Program-made: the position numbers and the translations under genes | Virus record (IMG/VR): IMGVR_UViG_3300030059_003698 | Span: 1-50,255 of that record | DNA: 50,255 nt | From: a virus | Taxonomy: Duplodnaviria > Caudoviricetes | Reading direction: 5' to 3' (one strand) | In this document: positions 27,141 to 36,500 of the stretch, piece after piece | Position numbering within the stretch: position 1 is the stretch's first letter | Layout of the letters: the number at the start of each line of letters is the position of its first letter | Notes under the pieces: generated by a model | Databases searched by the model: none | Told to the model about the DNA's origin: nothing | What the model saw: the letters and a program-made list of their open reading frames with translations, nothing else

Positions 27141-27230
27141 AGCTCCTTGTTGTATAGCAGCTGAGCAATAGCCGAAGGCCTACCGCGTGCGGGCCTTCGT
27201 TATTCCCCCTTTTCATGACAGGAGCCTCTG

Positions 27231-27464
27231 ATGGCCGCCACCAAACAACCCGCTGAAAAGCTACACACCATGGTGTTTCTCAAGCCCTACGGCCGTTACT
27301 CCCGTAACGACCGCGCAGGCTTCCCCCAAGAGAAAGCCGAGCAGCTGGAAAAGCGCAAGATCGCTATTCCTGCCGGTAAATTCAAAGCCGCAGAAGCCGA
27401 TAAAGTCAAAGCCGCCGGCACAACCACCCCCGCCAAAGGCACCGAAGGCGCCGACAAGGTTTAA
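27231..27464 (+). CDS. Small head-associated protein
   Basis: AGGAG RBS; position after the capsid gene. Confidence 0.7.
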   Translation: MAATKQPAEKLHTMVFLKPYGRYSRNDRAGFPQEKAEQLEKRKIAIPAGKFKAAEADKVKAAGTTTPAKGTEGADKV

Positions 27465-27490
27465 GCCTTGCGGCGGTTGACGCTATTGCA

Positions 27491-27510
27491 ACGCCGCCAC
27501 TGGGCGGCGT
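27491..27510 (+). repeat. GC-rich hairpin, identical copy at 30855-30874
   Basis: ACGCCGCC-ACTG-GGCGGCGT twice. Confidence 0.85.
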
Positions 27511-27557
27511 TGTTGTTTCTGGCTATTGAGATGTTTATGACTATTGAGAGCCCCTGA

Positions 27558-28118
27558 ATGATCACGCTAACCCGCGCCAAACTGCACCTTCGGCTAGCTA
27601 TTAGCGAAGAAGAAGCAACGGCCTACACCGATGAAGATGTGATTATTCAAGGGCTGATTGATGGCGCATACGATCATGCCGAGCATTACACCCAGCGAAC
27701 GTTTGTGGCGCGCTCCAAAACACTAGTGCTCGACGGTTTCCCCGCGAGGAGTGATGCCATTGAGCTGCCGTGGGCGCCGGTGACTGCCATTGAATCGCTA
27801 GACTACATCGACCCCGAAGGCATCGAGCAATCACTCGTCGCCGAAACACTACGGCTTGATACCCGACCCATTTACCCGCTGCTGGCGCCACAGTGGGGGA
27901 GCCGGTGGCCTCGCACAACCGATGAGCCGGAGTGCATAACCATTACCGCCACCGCTGGTGCAGTGGAGCCAGCGCCCGGCGTTGAAATTGCCATCCTGCT
28001 ACTGATTGCTCACTGGTACGAAAATCGTGAAAGCGTCGCAATAGGCACCATCACCAGCGAAGTACCCATGGGCGTCGATATGCTGCTGGCGCCTCACCGA
28101 ATTCATGCCGTGGGGTAA
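27558..28118 (+). CDS. Head-tail connector (HK97 gp6-like)
   Basis: TLTRAKLHLR..AILLLIAHWYENRE..PMGVDMLLAPHR. Confidence 0.92.
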   Translation: MITLTRAKLHLRLAISEEEATAYTDEDVIIQGLIDGAYDHAEHYTQRTFVARSKTLVLDGFPARSDAIELPWAPVTAIESLDYIDPEGIEQSLVAETLRLDTRPIYPLLAPQWGSRWPRTTDEPECITITATAGAVEPAPGVEIAILLLIAHWYENRESVAIGTITSEVPMGVDMLLAPHRIHAVG

Positions 28119-28121
28119 TCC

Positions 28122-28457
28122 ATGCGAATAGGGAAAAAGCGCGAGCAGGTCACCCTCGAATGGTGGGAGAAGGGCGAACGCACCGACTCGGGCGCGACAC
28201 CGGAAGGGTGGCAGGCAGGCAGCAATGTGTGGGCAGAGGTCGAACAGCTACGCGGCCGCACGCTCTTCGCCGCGCAAGAGGCCAACGCCGAAACCACCGC
28301 CCGCTTCCGCATGCGGTACCGGGCGGACATTGCCGCCGCCACCGGCAAAACCCTACGCCTTCGCCATGGCGGGATGACCTACCAACTGGAAGGGCGCCCG
28401 ATCGACCTGGGTGGCCGCCGTACAGAACTGGAGCTGATGTGCCATGAGTGGGTTTGA
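28122..28457 (+). CDS. Head closure / head-tail adaptor (SPP1 gp16-like)
   Basis: MRIGK.R..VWAEV..GR..FAAQ..RFRMRYR. Confidence 0.9.
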   Translation: MRIGKKREQVTLEWWEKGERTDSGATPEGWQAGSNVWAEVEQLRGRTLFAAQEANAETTARFRMRYRADIAAATGKTLRLRHGGMTYQLEGRPIDLGGRRTELELMCHEWV

Positions 28458-28896
28458 TTGGCAGGTTCAGGGTGTCCACCTGCAGGAAATGCAGCGTGAG
28501 CTAAAGGCACTGGAAGACAACATTAAAGAACGCGCCATAAGGGCGGGTTTGGTGTCAGTCGTTGCCCCTGTAAAGCGCACCGCCAAAGGCGATGCCCCGA
28601 CGGATAGCGGCGATATGGCTCGCGCCGTAGGCCATCGCAACATTAACAAACGCCAGCGTGGCCGCTTAGGCTTCAAGCCTGGCGAGGTGGGCATACTCGT
28701 AGGCACCAACCGCAAGATCAACGGGCGCTGGCAGGGCCGCAAAGGCATGTGGCAAGAGCACGGCACCGAGCGCATGGGGGCAAATCCATTCCTGTGGCCC
28801 GCCATGCAGCAACATCAAAGCGGTGTGCCCGGGCGCTTTTACCAAGGCCTCGCCAAATACCTGGATCGCCAGCGCACCAAAGGGGCCATTGTATGA
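28444..28896 (+). CDS. HK97 gp10-family neck protein
   Basis: APTDSG.M..EHGTERMGANPFLWPA. Confidence 0.9.
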   Translation: MSGFDWQVQGVHLQEMQRELKALEDNIKERAIRAGLVSVVAPVKRTAKGDAPTDSGDMARAVGHRNINKRQRGRLGFKPGEVGILVGTNRKINGRWQGRKGMWQEHGTERMGANPFLWPAMQQHQSGVPGRFYQGLAKYLDRQRTKGAIV

Positions 28897-29621
28897 TCGA
28901 TAGCATCATTACCGCACTCAGCGGCGCAGGCATTACCGCAGCACCCAGCAGCGAAGCCGACCCCAGCCGCGCCGATACCGTGCCCGGCTTGGTTGCGCTA
29001 GTAGACCCCGTTGTCAGCAGCGCCCTATGGCCGCTCAACCTACCGGCGGATGCCCCCGGCACCAACGGCGTTTACAACTTGGCAGGCCAAAGCGGTATCG
29101 AGGTAGACGGCTACCGTCTGGGCCGCGTGGACACCTACGTACTCAGCCTGCGGTCACCCGAGTTCGACCCGCTACGCACCATGAGCACCCAGCTGATTGA
29201 ACGGGTCGCCGCCCAAAGTGGCATTGAAGGGTGGGAGATCACCGATGCCGCCACCGATTACGAATACGACCAGCGGCAATACCGCGCTCACTTTGAGCTG
29301 CAGGCCACCAGCCTCGCTATGTCAGCGCCCGCGCTACCCGCCGCGTTCGTGCATCCCGCGCAGGCCGACGCCACGCCCAACGCACTGGGCACCATGAACG
29401 TGCGCCAAACCGTCACCGAGCATATCGCCGTGGTGCTGGTCGCCGATCAGGCAGAAATAGACACTCAGCGCCGCGCCATTACGGCGGCCCTGCTGGGGCT
29501 AGAGAACCCAACGGACGCCGTCGCCCCCCTGGAATACGCAGGTGGGCAGCGCGTTGCTGTCTCCGGCAGCCACGTCTATTGGCGTGAGCTCTACCGCTAC
29601 GATCGCCTCATTCGTAGCTAA
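28893..29621 (+). CDS. Putative tail terminator
   Basis: Position before the tail tube gene; start re-assigned to ATG 28893. Confidence 0.65.
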   Translation: MIDSIITALSGAGITAAPSSEADPSRADTVPGLVALVDPVVSSALWPLNLPADAPGTNGVYNLAGQSGIEVDGYRLGRVDTYVLSLRSPEFDPLRTMSTQLIERVAAQSGIEGWEITDAATDYEYDQRQYRAHFELQATSLAMSAPALPAAFVHPAQADATPNALGTMNVRQTVTEHIAVVLVADQAEIDTQRRAITAALLGLENPTDAVAPLEYAGGQRVAVSGSHVYWRELYRYDRLIRS

Positions 29622-29681
29622 CCAATCACCACCCCACAAACCCCGCCACGGCGGGTTTTTTTACGCCTGGAGGAAACCCCC

Positions 29682-29873
29682 ATGCCCAGCAAAGGTGGCC
29701 GCTACGTCATTCGTAACGGCTCGCGCGAGCTAGTGCACCGCACCAAGCCCACGCCCACAACGTACGCGAAAGCGCCCGACCCAACACCCGCCGCCACCCC
29801 GGTGAAAACCGAAACGGCAGCCCCCAAGCCCGCCAAAGCAGCGGCCAAGCAAGAGGTAAAAGGCAATGAGTGA
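29682..29873 (+). CDS. Small tail-region protein
   Basis: GGAGG RBS; GGRYVIR motif. Confidence 0.65.
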   Translation: MPSKGGRYVIRNGSRELVHRTKPTPTTYAKAPDPTPAATPVKTETAAPKPAKAAAKQEVKGNE

Positions 29874-30825
29874 TCCAAAGCTATGGCGCCGTTTGATCGT
29901 CGCGGTGGTGATTGAAGAGCAGTACGGCGTAACCCCTGCAGACCTAACCACGGCCACGCTGATCGAAGTCGTCACGCGTGAGGCAGCCGGTTTCTACGAA
30001 GGCGACACGGTAGAGCGTGAGCGCGTACGCCAAGGGTTTGGTGCCTTCGAGGAAACCAACACCGCACCGCGCACCTCGCGCCAGATCCGCGTGCCGTATT
30101 CAGGTTCCGGCACGAAAGGCACGCCGCCATCATTCAGCTCATTGCTGCGCTGCTGCGCCATGAGCGAAACCATTGATGAAGCAACCGTGGGCGAAGAGAA
30201 AGTCATCTATGAGCCGGTTTCCGACGGCATGGAATCGGTCTCGCTGCTGTGGTGGTCAGACGGCGAGCTGCAAGTAATGCCCGGCGTGCGCGGCACCTGG
30301 ACGCGCTCCAGTGACGTGAAAGCCTTCCCCTACATTCAGTTTGATGTGATGGGGCTATATCAGCGACCCACCACCGAGCCAGCGATTACCGCCGTGCTGG
30401 CGGCACAAGCCAAAGAAGTGCCGGTCAACAAGATGAACAGCTCGTTTGAAATGGACGCCTTTTTGGCCCGTATGCAGACCTGTTCGTTTGATGTGGGCAA
30501 TACCGTGGTACACCGGCACCTGGTTAACTACGAAGGGATCCACATCACCGACCGCCGCGCCACTGGCCAGCTCACCATCGAAGCGCCACGTATCGACGAG
30601 TACAACATCTTCCCGAAGATCGAATCGCACGAGTTCATCGAGCTATCGGCAGTCTCGTTCATCCACGGCACCGAAGCGGGCAACATCGTCGAAATGGTCT
30701 TCCCGCGCGCGCAGCTATCAGCACCGCAAGAAAGCGACACCGACGGTATCGCACACTATCAAATGAACATGCGCTTACTGCCCAACGGCAACGATGACGG
30801 CGATTTTCAGTTGATCTTCCGCTAA
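29866..30825 (+). CDS. Major tail tube protein
   Basis: EEQYG.TP, SGTKGTPP..LLRCCAM, ITDR, HGTEAGNIV; precedes the chaperones. Confidence 0.85.
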   Translation: MSDPKLWRRLIVAVVIEEQYGVTPADLTTATLIEVVTREAAGFYEGDTVERERVRQGFGAFEETNTAPRTSRQIRVPYSGSGTKGTPPSFSSLLRCCAMSETIDEATVGEEKVIYEPVSDGMESVSLLWWSDGELQVMPGVRGTWTRSSDVKAFPYIQFDVMGLYQRPTTEPAITAVLAAQAKEVPVNKMNSSFEMDAFLARMQTCSFDVGNTVVHRHLVNYEGIHITDRRATGQLTIEAPRIDEYNIFPKIESHEFIELSAVSFIHGTEAGNIVEMVFPRAQLSAPQESDTDGIAHYQMNMRLLPNGNDDGDFQLIFR

Positions 30826-30904
30826 CCGCATAACCCGCAACCGCTAACCACACCACGCCGCCACTGGGCGGCGTGCTTGTTTACGCCAATCAAAGGAATA
30901 CCCC

Positions 30905-31246
30905 ATGTCACTCGTACTGAAAAAAATCCCCACCACCACCGTAGATGTGCCCGTTCAAGTGCCCGGTGACAAGAAGCCCGCCACCCTCCAAGCCGAATGG
31001 ATCCTGCACAAATGGGACAAATACCGCGAAGTGGTAGACGCCTCAAAAACGCCCGATTTTAAAGATGAAGACCTGCTGGAAGATCTGAAAGGGCTGAGCG
31101 GCATCAAGGACGAAGAGGGCAACGACCTGCTGTTTAATAAAGCCCTGGTCGAAGAACTGATGCAAGAAACCTACATTCGCCGCCCGTTAATTCTCAGCTG
31201 GTTCGCCGCCCAAGAAGGGCGCAACCAGGCCGCAGCAAAAAACTAA
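30905..31246 (+). CDS. Tail assembly chaperone G
   Basis: Ends ..AAKN at a slippery site. Confidence 0.85.
   Translation: MSLVLKKIPTTTVDVPVQVPGDKKPATLQAEWILHKWDKYREVVDASKTPDFKDEDLLEDLKGLSGIKDEEGNDLLFNKALVEELMQETYIRRPLILSWFAAQEGRNQAAAKN
31237..31243 (+). promoter_or_regulatory. -1 programmed ribosomal frameshift site (A AAA AAC)
   Basis: The -1 frame is open from 31243 and in frame with the 31357-31686 ORF. Confidence 0.85.
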
Positions 31247-31686
31247 GCGGCGCTGGCCAGTATTGGGCGGGCGGTAGATCAAGGGTTAAAGATCAAACCG
31301 AGGAAGATGCCAAAGCCTGGAGGATTGAGCACAAAGCCCGCCCTAAAGAGCCTGATGTGTTTGAGGTCTGGGAAGAGCACTGGCCAGCGCTAGAAATTTT
31401 CCTCGCCATGCGCACCCAGTGGCGGGTTATCGCAGGCATGAGCGGCGCGCAGCATCAAGGCATCGATTACACCGCCCTGTACGGTCACCCCAAGTTCGCC
31501 CGCCTGGATTATGACGAGCAAGACAAACTGCTAGCGCAGATCCAGCACATCGAAGTAGGCGCCCTGGCGGCGATGAATGATAATTCACTAGACGATAGCG
31601 AAGACCAGCACCGCATCGCTTGCGCAATTGCAGCACGACACGAACAGCAGGTTGACGCGCTGCTGGCGTTATCAGTTGCGAATTAG
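31243..31686 (+). CDS. Tail assembly chaperone T part of the G-T fusion (DUF1799-like)
   Basis: FEVWEEHWPALEIFLAMRTQWR..GIDY..E.GAL. Confidence 0.85.
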   Translation, partial: LSGAGQYWAGGRSRVKDQTEEDAKAWRIEHKARPKEPDVFEVWEEHWPALEIFLAMRTQWRVIAGMSGAQHQGIDYTALYGHPKFARLDYDEQDKLLAQIQHIEVGALAAMNDNSLDDSEDQHRIACAIAARHEQQVDALLALSVAN

Positions 31687-31687
31687 C

Positions 31688-31716
31688 TTGCCGTTATAAC
31701 GTAGCGCCGCTAATCT
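31688..31716 (+). promoter_or_regulatory. Moron promoter for the TA module
   Basis: TTGCCG-N17-TAATCT. Confidence 0.55.
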
Positions 31717-31882
31717 ACAGTCTTGGAAAGTGTGAAGTGTTTAGCCAAGCGTTGTATTGATCGTCAAACTATCGGTTGAATAATTCCAGCGTGGCGAGTA
31801 CGCTTAACGAATCATCTGAATGTCCTTGGCGAACTCGTCAGGGTTTTTTATTGTCAGATGGATAAGAAATTTGGAGGTCACC

Positions 31883-32050
31883 ATGTCTGCACTGTTGAAG
31901 CAAGAACGCCTTATTATTCCTGCGCGGAAGGAAGGTGAGCGTGTGAAAGCGCGCCCGTGCCTTGGTGATCATCAGGCTCAGTTCGAAAAAGCTGGAAAAA
32001 TGTCCATGGAGCGTTACGAAAACGCTTATCGTGAACTGGCCAAGGTTTAA
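31883..32050 (+). CDS. Putative antitoxin for the Doc-like toxin
   Basis: 55 aa after GGAGG; C-terminal ERYENAYRELAK resembles the tails of Doc-associated antidotes. Confidence 0.7.
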   Translation: MSALLKQERLIIPARKEGERVKARPCLGDHQAQFEKAGKMSMERYENAYRELAKV

Positions 32051-32055
32051 ATTAA

Positions 32056-32490
32056 ATGAGCGAATGTGGCTCAGATAATGACGGCATTCGCTACATCGTC
32101 GTGCCAGAGCTTGTACAAATTAACCAAGAAATGCTAAGGCTCACCCCAGGTGAGCCTTTTGGTATCCGCGATCAGGGCGGGCTAGAAAGTGCTCAGCAAA
32201 AACCTTGCATGCACAGGTGGTACAGCCAAACTGAGGACTTACCCACCTTGGCGAGCGTTCTGGGTATGGGGATTGTTCAGAACCATCCATTCTTGAATGC
32301 AAACAAGCGCACCGCTGCAGATGCTGTATCTCGATTTTTATTGTTGAATGGTTATGAGCTGACTATGCCAGAGAGGGATATAATCCTGCTTTGGGAAGGT
32401 GCCGCCACGCATGCCTACAATGAAGAAGACATAGCAAGGCTGCTTGCTTACTGGCTGCGAGAATTTGATTCATCAAGCTTGAATGACTAA
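32056..32490 (+). CDS. doc: Doc/Fic-family toxin
   Basis: GIRDQGGLESA..NHPFLNANKRTA..FLLLNG. Confidence 0.92.
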   Translation: MSECGSDNDGIRYIVVPELVQINQEMLRLTPGEPFGIRDQGGLESAQQKPCMHRWYSQTEDLPTLASVLGMGIVQNHPFLNANKRTAADAVSRFLLLNGYELTMPERDIILLWEGAATHAYNEEDIARLLAYWLREFDSSSLND

Positions 32491-32512
32491 CCCCGCCATC
32501 GCGGGGTTTTTT
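32490..32512 (+). terminator. Terminator after doc
   Basis: ACCCCGC-CATC-GCGGGGT plus T-run. Confidence 0.8.
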
Positions 32513-32593
32513 GTGGGCGTTCGTTTGAGAGCTGTAATTCCTAATCTAAGTGCGGTACGTTCCTTGCTGGGGTGACTCAACGGGGGATTTGCC

Positions 32594-32839
32594 GTGTCTG
32601 AATATTGTAGGGATTGCTCGATACGCTACTTGGGTCCTGAAACGGCCAAGTACGCGGGCGGCCTATGCAAGCGCGGCGAAACCACCACTATGCTTTGCGA
32701 AGGCTGCGGCGACATAGTTGAAGTTGATCATGAAGGTAGGCGGGTAGGATTAAATCGCAGTATCGAAGCGGCGCGCAAGAAGCCTACTCGCAGCTTATGG
32801 CAGCGCTTACTAAGCGCGTTTGAAAGCAGGGGATTATAA
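32594..32839 (+). CDS. Small Cys-rich moron protein
   Basis: CRDC and LCEGCG..VDHEGR. Confidence 0.6.
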   Translation: MSEYCRDCSIRYLGPETAKYAGGLCKRGETTTMLCEGCGDIVEVDHEGRRVGLNRSIEAARKKPTRSLWQRLLSAFESRGL

Positions 32840-33424
32840 ATGCGGCAACAACATGTACCAGATCGGGATCGGTGGATAGGTTGGGTTGGCTTTGCCTGGG
32901 TGCTAGCTGCTGTGGCATGCGTTGCAGGACTATATTTAATTATCAAGTTCGGCTTTATAGAAGTGCCATCATCAAATAGATACGTTACGCGCACAGAGCC
33001 TAATGTGATGGTGTGGGCTGTGACCATAGGTCAAGCTGTTGGCTCAATCATGTTGGCCGTAATATTCCATATGTTGCACAGTATCTACCAGAATTCATGC
33101 GACCAACTCAAATCGACTACATATGTAGAGGCCAAGGAAGAAAACATTGTAGTTTCTGAACAGCGGTCAGGGGAAAACGGGGTGCGTTTGACTAACGTCT
33201 CGCCTCAGTCGCCGTTAGTAAAAGTGCTTTATGCCGGTTGCCTAGTAACTAGATTCAACGACGAAACGGTAGGAAGTGTGAATGACTTAGCCGCGCGAAT
33301 AGTTAAGGGGCCGAACAAGTTTGAGTTTCAATCGCCCGCGGGCGAGAGTGCCACAAAATGGATTCATCTTAAGCCTGATCAGCCTCTTCTTGTTCAGGGA
33401 GAGTTAGCTAAGATACCGGGTTAA
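32840..33424 (+). CDS. Two-TM membrane protein with PDZ-like C-terminal domain (moron)
   Basis: Two hydrophobic helices; GVRLTNVSPQSPL..LYAGCLVTRFNDETVGSVNDL; lower GC. Confidence 0.65.
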   Translation: MRQQHVPDRDRWIGWVGFAWVLAAVACVAGLYLIIKFGFIEVPSSNRYVTRTEPNVMVWAVTIGQAVGSIMLAVIFHMLHSIYQNSCDQLKSTTYVEAKEENIVVSEQRSGENGVRLTNVSPQSPLVKVLYAGCLVTRFNDETVGSVNDLAARIVKGPNKFEFQSPAGESATKWIHLKPDQPLLVQGELAKIPG

Positions 33425-33474
33425 GTGACAATCTATTTATGAAGTATGCATAGCTGTATTTCAGTATTTAATCA

Positions 33475-33497
33475 GCCCGCCCAGCGCGGGCTTTTTT
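33475..33497 (+). terminator. Moron terminator
   Basis: GCCCGC-CCAGC-GCGGGC plus T-run. Confidence 0.75.
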
Positions 33498-33524
33498 GTG
33501 CCCGCAATTTGAGGTGTGCCACCC

Positions 33525-36500
33525 ATGGCTCAGCAATACAAAACCGGCTTGATCATTACCGGCGATGCAAGCGGCGGTATTCGGGCCATCAAGGCCACGG
33601 ATGATGAGCTTGGTAAGCTAAACAAGGGTTTTGATAAAGGGTCTCGCCAATCTAAAAAGTTTGGCAATGATGCCGAGCGGGCTGGCCGCCAGCTTACGGA
33701 AATTGACAGAGGCGCTGGCGTAGCCACCAGGGGGATTGAAACCCTTCGCCGTGCCGCCGCGCCCATTGCCGGCGTGATCGCGGGCATGTTCGCCGCTAAC
33801 ACCATCCAAAACCAAATAGATTGGGGTGACCAATTACAGAAAACCAACCTACGGATTGGGGCTAGCACTGAATCGCTCAGCCAGTACAACTATGTTGCCA
33901 AGCTTTCCGGCGTTGAATTTGGTCAGCTGACAACTGCTTGGCAGCGCCAAACCCGCCGCATTGCTGAAGCAGCGGCAGGCACTGGCGTTGCGTCAAAAGC
34001 ACTAGATCAGCTCGGACTGAGTGCCAAAGAACTAAATCAGTTAGCCCCAGAAGAGCAGTTCGAGCGCATTGCTACCGCCATGCAGAACGTGGAAAGCAGC
34101 AGCGAGCGTGTAGCGCTGGCGCAAAAGCTGTGGGATAGCGAAGGCGTTAAGCTGGTTCAGATCGTTAACCAGGGCACCGATGCCATCGCGTCCATGCGGG
34201 CGGAAGCGGACGCACTAGGCTTAACGATCACCCAAGACACCGCTAACGCGATGGCCACCTATAACGACGAGGTGGATAAGCTTAAGTTTGCGGCGCAAGG
34301 GTTAAGCCAAACACTGGCGTCTGAGCTGGTGCCGTCGATGACGGCAGGCATGCAAGCGACAAGCGCCTTTATTCAAGATGTAGGCGGTGCTGAAGCCATT
34401 CTGAATACCGCTAAAGATGCGGCCCTGCTGCTAGCCGCCATCATGGCAGGGCGTTATGCCGCCGCATTCGCTATAGGCACTAAAAGAATTGCGGCCAACA
34501 TAGCCGCCACCATCGCCCAGACTCGAGCCGATGCAGCGGCGACAACCGCCGCCCGTGTAAAGGCAGCTGAAACGCTGCGCGTGGCTCAGGCAGACCAAGC
34601 AGCAGCATCAAGAGCGCTTGCCAACGGCCATGCTATTGCCGCTGCCACGGGCAATACCACGCTGCGCACTAAAGCCATTACGCAAATGGCAGCAGCGAAC
34701 CAGCGCGCGATCGCTGCTGAAGCCGGCCACACGGCGGCAATAGGAGCGAATACGGCCGCCATGCAGCGTCACACTGTGTCTGCGTATGCCATGGCAGCCG
34801 CCACACGTGCGGGATCAGCAGCACTCGCCTTAGTGGGCGGGCCCGCTGGGGCGGCCATGATCGCCGGCGCCGCTGCTTACTATTTCCGGGATTCCTTGGG
34901 CTTTGCCTCTGCTGCCGCTCGCGAGACGAGAGAGGAAATAGACCAGCTCGTTGAGAGCATGGACAACTACACAGAAGCGCAATACCGCAACAACCGCGTT
35001 TCTATCGTGCAGGACTTAGCCGAAGCGCGTGTCGAAGCCGAAAAGTTAGAGCGTCAGATCGCCGCCCTGCAAGAGCAAAGCCAGCAAGAAAGTATTATTT
35101 ACCAAGGTCGCCCCGGGGCAGCATCCGGTCAGCTATCGGAACTGATGGGAGAGTTGCAGGAGCAAAGACGTATTGTCGCAGCCAACGAACGTGGCTTGCG
35201 TGAGTACGATCAGACCTGGCAAGACGTTTTGCAATCGCAAGTATCGGGCGTCAGCATCTTCCGTACGCTTGATCAATGGCTCGATGAAATTGGCCGAAGT
35301 GCCGACAGCGCGGGCAACTCGGTAAACAGCGGCGCGCCGAGCAACGAAACGATAACCGCATGGGAGAAATACAACGAGAAGCTACGCGATAGCTTAGCCG
35401 CCAGCCGCGACCCATCGGCGGTGGGCGCTGCCAATCGAGAGCTGGATACAATGGGTGTAATTGATCCCGTTCGTCGAGCGATTACCGTTGGCCTAGCGCT
35501 ACAGGAAGATCAAGGAAAACGCCAAAAAGAGCTTCAAAGAGAGGCGGCGGATGCTGCAAAGCAAGCTGCCAGCGAGGCCGAGCGCGCCTACCAACAGCAA
35601 GCCCGTGCCGCTGAGCAATCGGCTAAACAGCAGGCTGATGCGCTGCTGAGCATTCAGCAGGAAATGGACCCGCTCTTAGTTGAGCATGATAAATACATCG
35701 AGCGTATCGGCGTATTAGACCAAGCCCTGTCTGATGGCACGCTGGCCCCAGAGGCTTATGGTGACGCCTTTCGCTGGGTAGCGGAGCAGTTCACCCGCGC
35801 CCGCACTGGTGCCGACGATTACGAAAAGCAAACCGAATCACTAATAAACACCTACGACAGCCACAACCAAAAAGCCCATCAGCTGCGTGATGCGTTAGAG
35901 CAAATTAACCAGCGTTGGCGGGATGATCCAGCAAACGGCGACCAGTACGCCCGCATGGTCGCTGGCGTGCGTGATGAAATGGCAGAGCTAGCCCTTGAAT
36001 CTGACCCCATGGCGCAAGAAATGGCGCGGGCATGGGAAGAAGCCGCCAACCGCATCGATGAGACTTTCGCGGATGCGTTCACCGGTGCATTTGATTCCTT
36101 CGATGATTTTGGCGACCAGCTGCTCGACAGCTTCAAGCGCCTGCTAGGTGAGCTGGCGTATCAAGCCACTCTCAAGCCGATTGTTGTGAATTTTACCGGC
36201 CAGATGCAAGGCATGTTGGGCATGGGCGGCGGGGGCAGCATCCCCGGCTTAGGCAGCGGCGCGGGCGGCTTTGACGTTAGCTCTATTGGCTCACTGGGCA
36301 AAACCGTTAGCGGGTGGTTTGGTGGTGGTGCTGCAGCGGCAGGAGGCGCTACCGCTGGGTACACCGGCGCGCTTGGCGCGGCTACCTCAACCGGCTACGG
36401 CGGTGCGCTTGGCAGTGCCGTGTCTGGTGCGGCTAACCCTGGCATGTTTGCGTCGATGGGTGGCCTAAGCGGTATCGCGGGCGGCTTGGGCGCGGGCTAT

